Part shown: in pieces, positions 42,763 through 52,200 of the stretch
Numbering within the stretch: the stretch's first letter is position 1
How the letters are laid out: each line of letters opens with the position of its first letter
DNA from: Sedimentisphaerales bacterium
GTDB lineage: Bacteria; Planctomycetota; Phycisphaerae; Sedimentisphaerales; SM23-30
Direction: 5' to 3' (one strand)
Assembly (NCBI GenBank): GCA_963666285.1
Contig: OY762711.1
DNA: 64,000 bases
Notes under the pieces: generated by a model
Told to the model about the DNA's origin: nothing
The model's input: the letters and a program-made list of their open reading frames with translations, nothing else
The model's database searches: none
Made by a program: the position numbers and the translations under genes

Positions 42763-43693
42763 TTAATTTCTTTAAGTATATCTTATCCGCTAAACAATTT
42801 TTTAATCCAGTCCTATGACATACTTTTGTTTCTGGAAATGGTATTTGTAAGTCTTTTGATATACTGATTCTTTTGTCCTGTGCAATTTGATAAAGGCATG
42901 GGATATAATAATCGTTGTAAATGTTTTTGAATCTGCATAGTTGGTTTTCTGATTGTTTTGGCAGATTATCCGTATATAAAACACCCTTTGTAAAAATGTC
43001 TAAATTCAATCTCCCTTCGTAAGTGTCAATTAGCTTTTGAATAATAGTATAATATTCATTAAATGGAATTATGTACTCTTGATTGTCATTCCAATAATCT
43101 TCCTCATCTCTAATTAGTCCGATTGTTAATGTTTCAATATTTGGCAAATTTGTTTCAACGTATTTTATGACTTCTGTAAGTTGGTTCTTATTATATTGAG
43201 TCATTAAAAATACTAATTTGACTTTGTAAAATTTAGAGTATTCGTTTATATTTTCTGTAATGTCTTTAAGTGGTTTGAATGATTTATCTTCTGCCTCTAA
43301 AGATTGGAAACTAATTCCTAGTTTGATATTTTTATGTTTTTTATCTAAATTACGCAATAAATACCCATTAGTATATACACCTACTGTTTTATTTTGAGAT
43401 TCAAGATATGTAATAAATTTATTTATATCTTTATGGATTAACGGCTCTCCGCCTTGTAAATCGTATTTCTCAATTTGTGGGTTATTTTCGACGATTTTTT
43501 TGATATGCCCTAAATCCATAACATTTCTTCTAGCCATACTTTTGTTATTAAAACAATAAGCACAATTTAGATTACAATCACTTGTTATAAATAGCAGAGC
43601 AGTTTTTGAATAATGCTTATATTGCTCTTTCCACCTATTTGGATCAATTCTTAATTTGAACCTTTTATGATTCTTATTTGCAACTTGCTCCAT
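42755..43693 (-). CDS. Radical SAM protein
   Basis: CNLNCAYC, GGEP, TNG; additional C-terminal cysteines. Confidence 0.9.
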   Translation of the reverse strand: MEQVANKNHKRFKLRIDPNRWKEQYKHYSKTALLFITSDCNLNCAYCFNNKSMARRNVMDLGHIKKIVENNPQIEKYDLQGGEPLIHKDINKFITYLESQNKTVGVYTNGYLLRNLDKKHKNIKLGISFQSLEAEDKSFKPLKDITENINEYSKFYKVKLVFLMTQYNKNQLTEVIKYVETNLPNIETLTIGLIRDEEDYWNDNQEYIIPFNEYYTIIQKLIDTYEGRLNLDIFTKGVLYTDNLPKQSENQLCRFKNIYNDYYIPCLYQIAQDKRISISKDLQIPFPETKVCHRTGLKNCLADKIYLKKLND

Positions 43694-43797
43694 TTATAAG
43701 TGGAATATCTATTACTTTATAAACATTATTAAGGCATTTGGATAAAACAGTGCCAATTAAAAGAAAACTTTTTAATAAGTTATATTTTGATATTTAT

Positions 43798-44916
43798 ATG
43801 GTCACTGTAGATGGAACAGAATTTAAGCTGATGGGATATGAACGCTTTTTTGAGGTACAGGGAGCTTCTTATTTATTTAGCAGTTTTTATGCAAAGCTTT
43901 ATTCTGATTTAGGATTACTTATTATCAATAATGATGGTTTCGTTTCATTATTTTTGGATAAAAATAAGGTATCAAAAAACCAAAGAGATTCTTTTGCATT
44001 TTATAGTAGTTTAGATGAATTTCAAAACTATCTTACTTCTTTCAAACAATTTCTTTCTGAATCAGACTCTTTTTTTGAATCAATATTGTCTAAAGAGAAA
44101 ATTACAAGCTTAGATTTAAATACTTATTTCAAGCAGATCATCAAATTCTTTAATTTCTATAAATGGACTGAATTCTTTTATAGCGACTATTCTTACATTG
44201 CTGTTAAAGATAATTCTACGCTAAAGAATGGTACACTTGAAAATAATTTATTGCAATTAGGGGAAATCAAAACAGATGGGAGAATTCTTTTGAATAAGAT
44301 ATTTAATAAATCCGATTCTTATTTGAATCGTTTTTTAGATAAAATTGCTAAACTTAAACCTATAAATAGGGATGATTTGAAACTGCTTACTTATTCAGAA
44401 ATTGTCATTTACTTTGATAACGGAGTAGTGCCAAAGATAGATAACAGAAAAAATGACTTTACATTATTAACAAGCCCAGGTCTGAATTTATTAAAAAACG
44501 CCCTACATCAGGATTTTATTACGGAATTCAAGGAGCAGACTTCAGACGTTGTTAAAGGAATAGTAGCTTGTGAAGGAGCTATTGAAGGTACTGTTAGAGT
44601 TTTAGATTTCAACTTTGATAATTTTGATATTCTATTTGATTTAATTAATGAAATGAATGATGGTGAAATATTGGTGGCAGAAACAACATCTCCTGACATA
44701 TTTCTTGCGTGCGAAAAAGCTTCAGCGATTGTTACTAATCAAGGTGGTGTAGGATCACACGCTGCAATTGTTAGCAGAGAAATGGGTATTCCGTGTATCG
44801 TTGGAACTAAAGATGCAACTAAAGTATTGAAAACTGGTGACTTGGTAAAAGTTGATGCGTTTAAAGGAGTAGTTCAATTTATCAAAAAAGTGCCAAGGAA
44901 TGAAGATGGAAAATAA
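43798..44916 (+). CDS. PEP-utilising enzyme, phosphohistidine mobile-domain protein (start revised to ATG 43798)
   Basis: GEILVAETTSP...GGVGSHAAIVSREMGIPCIVG; GAAAACTTTTTAAT box about 22 nt upstream of ATG 43798. Confidence 0.88.
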   Translation: MVTVDGTEFKLMGYERFFEVQGASYLFSSFYAKLYSDLGLLIINNDGFVSLFLDKNKVSKNQRDSFAFYSSLDEFQNYLTSFKQFLSESDSFFESILSKEKITSLDLNTYFKQIIKFFNFYKWTEFFYSDYSYIAVKDNSTLKNGTLENNLLQLGEIKTDGRILLNKIFNKSDSYLNRFLDKIAKLKPINRDDLKLLTYSEIVIYFDNGVVPKIDNRKNDFTLLTSPGLNLLKNALHQDFITEFKEQTSDVVKGIVACEGAIEGTVRVLDFNFDNFDILFDLINEMNDGEILVAETTSPDIFLACEKASAIVTNQGGVGSHAAIVSREMGIPCIVGTKDATKVLKTGDLVKVDAFKGVVQFIKKVPRNEDGK

Positions 44917-45364
44917 AATAATTGTTTTAGTTTCTTCTATTGCCATAAAAAATAACAAATTATTAATTGTACATAATAAATGGTCTGATGATAGATTTGG
45001 ATGGACTTTACCTTGTGGACATGTTGAACCAAATGAAAAGCTGGATGTAGCAGTTAAACGAGAATTTATGGAAGAAACTGGTTTACAACCATTAGAGCCG
45101 TTTAAGTTTGAGTTTTTATTACAAGTGAAAAAAGCTACAACAATGATTTATCATTTTTTTTATTCAATAACTAGATTTGATGGAGTTCCGCATGTAAACA
45201 ATGACCCTGATACTATCATTACTAATCTGGAATATTTTTCATTTTCAGAGGGTGTGTCTAAAATCTTATATGAAGATGTCAGATTTGCATTAAACAAATG
45301 GAACTCAAAAGAGACTGCTAGTCCATTATTTTATGACTTAACTACTCCTAGAGAACATTTATAA
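44900..45364 (+). CDS. NUDIX hydrolase
   Basis: GHVEPNEKLDVAVKREFMEETGL Nudix box. Confidence 0.9.
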   Translation: MKMENKIIVLVSSIAIKNNKLLIVHNKWSDDRFGWTLPCGHVEPNEKLDVAVKREFMEETGLQPLEPFKFEFLLQVKKATTMIYHFFYSITRFDGVPHVNNDPDTIITNLEYFSFSEGVSKILYEDVRFALNKWNSKETASPLFYDLTTPREHL

Positions 45365-45388
45365 AATATTTGAGACTCCATATTAGTT

Positions 45389-46906
45389 ATGAGTCCAGCA
45401 AAAAATGATTCAAGTGCAAGAGATGAATTGATGAGATACATTTCTGAGAAGGGATTGGTCTATGGCCCTAGCCCTAATATATACGAAGGTGGTGTTAGCG
45501 GATTTTATGATTTCGGCCCTTTAGGGAAATCATTAAAGAACAATATTGAAAATTCAATTAGAAAAGCATTTGATATCTTTTCTTTTTATGAAGTTGAATG
45601 TCCAATTGTTGTTCCTGAAAAGGTTTGGAAAGCCTCTGGTCATATTGATGGTATTTCTGATCCTATTGTAACTTGCTCTAAGTGTAATGCTGTTTGGAGA
45701 ATTGATAATTTAATAGAAGAGCAAAATTCTGATATTGATGCTGAAAACATGACTACTAAAGACATGTCTGATTTCTTATCAAACAATGAAGTTATTTGTC
45801 CTAGTTGTAAGGTTAGGTTGCCTTCTGAAGTAAAAGAACATAATCTTATGTTAAAGACAACAGTTGGTTTTGGGACTCCTATGTATAATAGACCTGAAAC
45901 AGCAACTACTACCTATTTACCATTCTTAGAGTATCTTAGATTTTTTAGAGATAAACTACCTTTTGGAGTCTACCAAATTGGAAATGCCTATAGGAATGAG
46001 ATTTCACCAAGACAGCATTTACTAAGAGGTAGAGAGTTTACGCAAGCAGAAGCACAGCTATTTCTTTTTAAGGATCAAAAAGAGAACTTTGCAAAGTTCG
46101 AAGAAGTTGCAGATCTGGAATTACCGTTTTTAACTGCTGATGCTCAATTTAATAATGGAAATGTAATTACAATGTCACTGGCTGATGCAATTACTAATAA
46201 GGTACTTAAAAATAAAGCTTATGCCTGGACGTTGGGGATGACTTATAAATTATTTAGAGATTTAGGAATTCCTCGTGAAAATTTAAGATTTAATCAACAC
46301 TTACCAGACAAGCTTGCTTTTTATGCTGATGATGCATGGGATTTAGAGGTGAAATTCAAAAGTTTTGGTTGGGTTGAATGTTGCGGTTGTCATGATAGAA
46401 CCGATTATGACTTAACAACTCATAGTAAATTTAGTGGTAAAGAGTTAGTTGCATTAAATTTGACTACAAACAAAAAGGAAACACCTCATATCCTTGAAAT
46501 TGCTATTGGGCCAAATAGGCTTCTTTTGGCTGTTTTAGACTTAAATTTAGATTTAGGAATTGAAGGTGTCAGTAAACCCAAGTTAAAGCTTCCATCAAGC
46601 CTTTCTCCTATTAAAGTAGCTATTTTACCATTGTCAAAAAAAGAGCATATATTGGAAAAATCCGAAGAGATTTATTTGAATTTGAACAAAAAGATGAGAG
46701 CTCAATTAGATGAATCTGGAAGCATAGGGAAAAGGTATTTAAGACAAGATTCTATAGGTACTCCTTTTTGTATCACTGTTGATTTTGATTGTTTAGAACA
46801 AGACAATGAGAATTATGGAAAAGTAACAATTAGAAATAGAGATTCAGAAAAACAAGAAAGGGTAAAATTTGACAATATTGAATCTTGGATTGCTACAAAG
46901 TTATAG
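45389..46906 (+). CDS. glyS: Glycine--tRNA ligase, alpha2 homodimeric, archaeal/eukaryotic type
   Basis: GFYDFGPLG, WKASGH, RPETA, RNEISPRQHLLRGREFTQAE, C-terminal anticodon-binding domain SIGKRY..QD.IGTPFCITVD. Confidence 0.92.
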   Translation: MSPAKNDSSARDELMRYISEKGLVYGPSPNIYEGGVSGFYDFGPLGKSLKNNIENSIRKAFDIFSFYEVECPIVVPEKVWKASGHIDGISDPIVTCSKCNAVWRIDNLIEEQNSDIDAENMTTKDMSDFLSNNEVICPSCKVRLPSEVKEHNLMLKTTVGFGTPMYNRPETATTTYLPFLEYLRFFRDKLPFGVYQIGNAYRNEISPRQHLLRGREFTQAEAQLFLFKDQKENFAKFEEVADLELPFLTADAQFNNGNVITMSLADAITNKVLKNKAYAWTLGMTYKLFRDLGIPRENLRFNQHLPDKLAFYADDAWDLEVKFKSFGWVECCGCHDRTDYDLTTHSKFSGKELVALNLTTNKKETPHILEIAIGPNRLLLAVLDLNLDLGIEGVSKPKLKLPSSLSPIKVAILPLSKKEHILEKSEEIYLNLNKKMRAQLDESGSIGKRYLRQDSIGTPFCITVDFDCLEQDNENYGKVTIRNRDSEKQERVKFDNIESWIATKL

Positions 46907-47047
46907 AAATTGTATTTCTTTCTTTTTAATTATCCTTCAAGAAGGATTGATAAATAAATGAAAGCTAGCATACCACTAGCCTTCACAAATGAAATTCTTC
47001 CAAAACTTTCCATATGAATATCAAATAAAAACTAAGAAAATAAGAGA

Positions 47048-47896
47048 TTAGTCTCTTTTTCTTCTACTTAAATATGTTAGAATTCCTGTTGCAGCCAAAC
47101 CTAATGTTCCTGGCTCTGGTACAATTGGAGTATAGTCTTCTGAAACCATCACTCTTCCTGCTCTTCCGCCAAAATCATCTCCCGCTAAGTACATATTACT
47201 ACCATCTATAGCAACATCAGTAAGATTTCCATAATCCCTTCCAAGCATATATTCAGCTACAATACCTTTACCAACTCCACCTTCTAAGATAGTTTGATTG
47301 TCAGTTGTAAACAAGAAAGGCATACTTGCCAAACTTGAACCTGTACCGTTACCAAGTCCAGTGATTGAGCTTGTACTATTAAAAGCAAGATCAGTAGTTG
47401 TGATTGAACCATTTAATAGATTAAGCAAATCTAATCTATAATCATTATTACCAAGACTTTTTACTAATGGAGCATAATCGCTTCCGTTTAATGAAAAAGC
47501 ATCACCAACACCCTTATATGCACTAGCTACACCAAATGAAGCATTATCGAACTCATTACTTCTATTATAAATTTCTAAATCTCCATTCTGAAGATCAAGT
47601 GCGTAATTAATACCATTTTTATTCCAATTACCAGTATCTTGTACACTACTTGCATTACCTACAGTAGTTTCAAAAGTTAAATCTTTTCCAGAATCTACAG
47701 CAGCACCACCAGTACCGCTAGCATAGATTTTATCATCAGTTGTAGTAATACCTACTAATGGACCAGGCAACAAAACATCCTTATCAATGTTTATTGTCTT
47801 TGTAAGTGCTGCATCTGCATTTGGGGCTCCGGCAATACCAGCAGCCAATAAAGCAAGCCCTGTAAGTGGCTTTTTTAGGAAATTTGGAGTTTTCAT
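47048..47896 (-). CDS. PEP-CTERM sorted surface protein
   Basis: Signal peptide; VPEPGTLGLAATGILTYLSRRKRD. Confidence 0.85.
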   Translation of the reverse strand: MKTPNFLKKPLTGLALLAAGIAGAPNADAALTKTINIDKDVLLPGPLVGITTTDDKIYASGTGGAAVDSGKDLTFETTVGNASSVQDTGNWNKNGINYALDLQNGDLEIYNRSNEFDNASFGVASAYKGVGDAFSLNGSDYAPLVKSLGNNDYRLDLLNLLNGSITTTDLAFNSTSSITGLGNGTGSSLASMPFLFTTDNQTILEGGVGKGIVAEYMLGRDYGNLTDVAIDGSNMYLAGDDFGGRAGRVMVSEDYTPIVPEPGTLGLAATGILTYLSRRKRD

Positions 47897-47992
47897 TTTA
47901 TTATAACCTCTTTTGGTTTATGTTGTGGAATCAGACATAGTTTATATATCTTCTCCTTTTAACTATTCCTATGTGACTACACCCTGAATCAG

Positions 47993-48639
47993 TTAAAGCA
48001 TTAGTCGTTCTAAAGCCATATCAGCATCAGAATCCATCACATCTGCATATACTTGCGTTGTTGTAATCCTGGAATGACCAAGCTGTTTTTGGACAAGTCG
48101 AAGGTTACAATCGCTTGCCTTATATAAAAAGGTAGCGTATGTATGCCGAAGACTGTGGATCGAATACTGCGAGTCAAGTTTAGCTTTTTTGGCACAACGC
48201 TTGAAAGCTTTCTGTAAGGCTCTGGTGGTCAAATGCCCGCCTGTCCTGGTAGATATAAGTAAAGGTGCATCTGCATCTGTTGGTTCGCCAACGCTTTCTT
48301 TCCATTTCAGAAACTGAATACAGAGTCGCTTTACCTTTTTGGGCATAAATACCAAACGCTGCTTGCCGCCTTTACCATTTCTAACAAGAAGTGCCGGCTT
48401 TTTTGTATTGTTCAAATACATATCACCGCATGTTAAAGCTGCAAGCTCCATTACCCGAAGTCCGGTACTGATGGTTAGATGTGATACAAAGAAATCCTTG
48501 TATGCAACTCGTTCAGTGTAGGTCTGCGGTATCCTTGCATCCTTTTTGGTGATTTCTAGCAGCCACAAAGCCTCATTTCTGTCCAAAAACTTGTTTGGTG
48601 TCAGAATCCAATCATCCGAAATTAAGTTTTTTTATACAT
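47993..48639 (-). CDS. Xer-like tyrosine recombinase (catalytic domain only); 5' end out of frame at an A7 tract
   Basis: TGLRVMEL, GKGGKQR, HSLRHTYA, QLGH, TTQVY; AGGAG + ATG 48639 is one nucleotide out of frame with WILTPNKFLDR... Confidence 0.88.
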
Positions 48640-48659
48640 ATTCAATTCTCCTATAATCG

Positions 48660-48893
48660 AGTTCACATTTGGCGAGAAATATGAACTGAATAAAGAAGAC
48701 TTGACTTATTTAAATAATTGACTATAAAGGAGATAGGGCTTTTTGAGAGTCTTAATGAATTGAAGACAGCTTAACTAAATTAACACTGGAGAAATGTTAA
48801 AAATAGCCTATTATGGGCTGTAAAGTTGAAATTCTAAATAATTTGAAAATATGAAAGAAAAAACCAGTTCATATTTCTCGCCTTATATGAACT
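48660..48893. promoter_or_regulatory. Inverted pair of dif-like 11-6-11 recombination sites enclosing a sigma70-like promoter
   Basis: AGTTCACATTT-GGCGAG-AAATATGAACT (48660-48687) and AGTTCATATTT-CTCGCC-TTATATGAACT (48866-48893); TTGACT-N16-TATAAA at 48701-48728. Confidence 0.8.
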
Positions 48894-49283
48894 GGCTGGT
48901 CTCCGATTATACCAAATTTAGCCCGATTTCTAATCAATAAAAATAAGGATTTATAGAAGATTTTCACTATTTCTTATGAATTCTAACGAAAAAATAGCTT
49001 GTGTCTTAGAACTGCTTGCTGTTAAAATAACTAATGGAAATACAGTAATTTCTGTTATAGCAGTTATTTTGGGAATTATTACTGTAGATTAGGTTGAGAT
49101 TCGACTGGGATTCGGTCGGATTACTACAAGCAAAATATATATTATTCCAACGCATAAGTTAAGTTTATACGCTTTTGAAAGCATAAAACTTGATGAATAC
49201 CATACGAGAAGTATTATGTGTAGAAGTCGGGATATTGGAATATCCCGGAATTTAATATTATTTCCTTCGTAAAGGAGACCATT

Positions 49284-52200
49284 ATGAAAGTGATCCGTTT
49301 GTTAGTGTTACTACTGTGCTTAGCAACTGTAGTATCTGCTCAAAATACAGCACCCCTTACTATTCAGGCAGCACCAATGTCTGGGGGAGCTTCATCTTAC
49401 CCACCTGTTCCATTTGACACAAATAAATCTTTTCTGATATATACCACTGATAATGGTGATTTAGTTTCAGCGATGAATTATTATGGTTTGTCATACACTA
49501 CTCGTTCTGCTTCACAACCAGTTACTCTAAATGACTTAAATACCCATGATGTCCTTATTGTTGGATGGAATACTAGTGATAGTCCAACAACAATGTCAGG
49601 CTTAGACCCTGATATAATCTATTCAGGAATAACAGGAAGAGCTGTAATTACTGGTCATGATGCGGATTATCATGTTACTCATTCTCCCGAAGCTGGTAAT
49701 GAAGTTTTTGAACAAATGATTAAATTTGCTCTTGATGGTGTAGGTACTGGACTTGTTGCTTTTGGTGACGATAAACGTGATTTTGAATGGTTGCCAGAAG
49801 AATGGGAAATAGTAGCAGACCATGCAGATGAGGGCGAATATGTTGACAGCATAACTGAAGAAGGACAAAGTAGTGGAATTTATGACAATCTAAAAGCTCA
49901 TGCAGAAACTGGTGATCCCACCGGCATTATGTACCTTTCAAATTGGAGTAAATCATATCATAATATATTTGAAAGCTGGGGAAATGGTTTTGAACCTTTT
50001 GAACTACAAAGTAGCACTGGTAATGACGCTGTAACAATTGGAACGCCTTTTAATGCTAATGGCTTTATTTTTACAAAAGAAGACGATGTTGCTGATGATA
50101 GTTGCGTATCTCCTGAAGATGATTTAACATACACAATCTGCTACAACAACACTTCTGGTATTACTATTTATAACGCTAAAATTGTTGACTATCTGCCTAA
50201 AGGTGTTACTTACCCAGAGGGTTTCTGGAGTATTGATGGGGATATGAACCCTATACCACCAGATCCTGCGTATGATCCAAACTTCCATACTTACACTTGG
50301 GATATTGGTACTATTATACCAGATGAAGACCCCAATGCTCTGCATTGTGAATCATTAGATGTCGTTGTAAATGAAAATGCTATTCCAGGCATGACGCTTT
50401 ATAATGAAGCATGGCTTATTGGCGAATATGAAATCATAGACCCTAATTCAAGCGACCCGAATAATCCCAGTACTCTACTTGTCGAAAGAGTATTTGCTAT
50501 TGCAACAGAAGAAACTGATGTATGCTGTTGGACAACACCAACACCAACACCAAATATTATATACGTTGATAAATATGCAACAGGTGCAGATACAGGAATA
50601 GATTGGGAAAATGCCTATAATACAGAATTTGGTGTAAAGAAAGCACTAGTTCAAGCGTGGGAATCAACTTGTAGTGGCCCTTTCACAATCTATGTAGCTG
50701 AAGGAACATACTTACCTGGTACTGATTATGTGGATAGTTTTGATCTTCCAGAGGGAACTAAAGTCTATGGCGGTTTCTTAAGCGGTGGTTGTGAATTCAA
50801 TAGTAGAGACCCTAAAGGATATGAAACTAGATTGTCAGGCTATTTAGCTCAAGCTGACGCTTTGCATTTAGTTACAATGGGACATAATACTTTACTGGAT
50901 GGTTTCACTGTAGAGAGTGCTTCAGATACGCTTATTTCAGGTGAAGGTGCCGACTTTACTGTTGAAAACTGTGTTATTAAAGATAGTTGGCAAACAGGTG
51001 TTTATGCTGAAGGATGTAATGTCACTATCAAATATTGTTTGATTAAAAATAATGGTGAGCATGGTATCTACCATCAAGGTAGTGAAGTTCTTAATTTTGA
51101 ATTAAATATATTTAATTCATGGATAATGAGAAATGAAGAACATGGCATACAATGCCTATATTCAACACCTACTATAAAAAACAGCATAATATCTGAAAGT
51201 GATATGGCTACTGATGGTAAAGAAGGTATTAGAGTTACTAATCCATTCCAAAAACCCATTATATACAATAACACAATTTCAAATAACAAAGGAAAAGGAA
51301 TATATTTTGAGGATGATGGCAATGCTAGTGGCGACCCAAATGACGTAAGCCTTGATTATCCTGATATCCAGAATTGTATTGTATATTACAATAACAATAA
51401 CCTAGTGCAAATGGAAGGATTCGACCCAAATACTAATGTAGCCTATAGTTGTATACAAAACTGCTTTGAGGTTAATAACAACATAAACGCTGCACCATTA
51501 TTTGCTTATCCAGTTAATCCATTAGGTGCACCTGACCCAGATAATTATCATCTTGCTCATAACTCAATATGTCGCGATATGGGAAGTCCTTACCTTGATT
51601 ATTCTAGTCAAGTAGATTATGACAAAGAAATTCGTGTTGCAGGCATTAAGGTAGATATTGGAGCTGATGAGTTATATAGCTGTGACGGTGACTATACTGA
51701 AGATGATTTCTCAAACGATGCCGATTGGAATGCTGATGGTATTGTAAATATGTACGAGTTCAGCATATTTGCAGGTTCCTGGCTTACTAATGACCCCAAT
51801 AGTGTCGCAGGCCAGGCAGACCCCAACAGCACAATAGGTTGGGATTCAAGATGCAATTTTGATGACACTAGTAGTAGTGCCGACACCATTGATATCGCTG
51901 ACTTTGCATTCTTTATTGGTGAAGTTCCATGGCTCTGGAAAGCTTGCTGGTATGATAATTACCAAGCAGTAATGGGGGGCGAAGCTGCTATGATGTCTAC
52001 ACCTGAAACTATATCTTTAATGACTGTTGAACCAGTTGCTAGAGCAATGGCCATGACATCATTTAATACCGACACTGGGCCCACCAAAACAGGAGTGGTT
52101 GGAAAAGCTGATCCATACAGTTATTTGACAAATGAACAACTAGCTATATTTGTAAAAGATATCTATGAAATTGAAGGTATGGTAATAGAGCAAATTGAGG

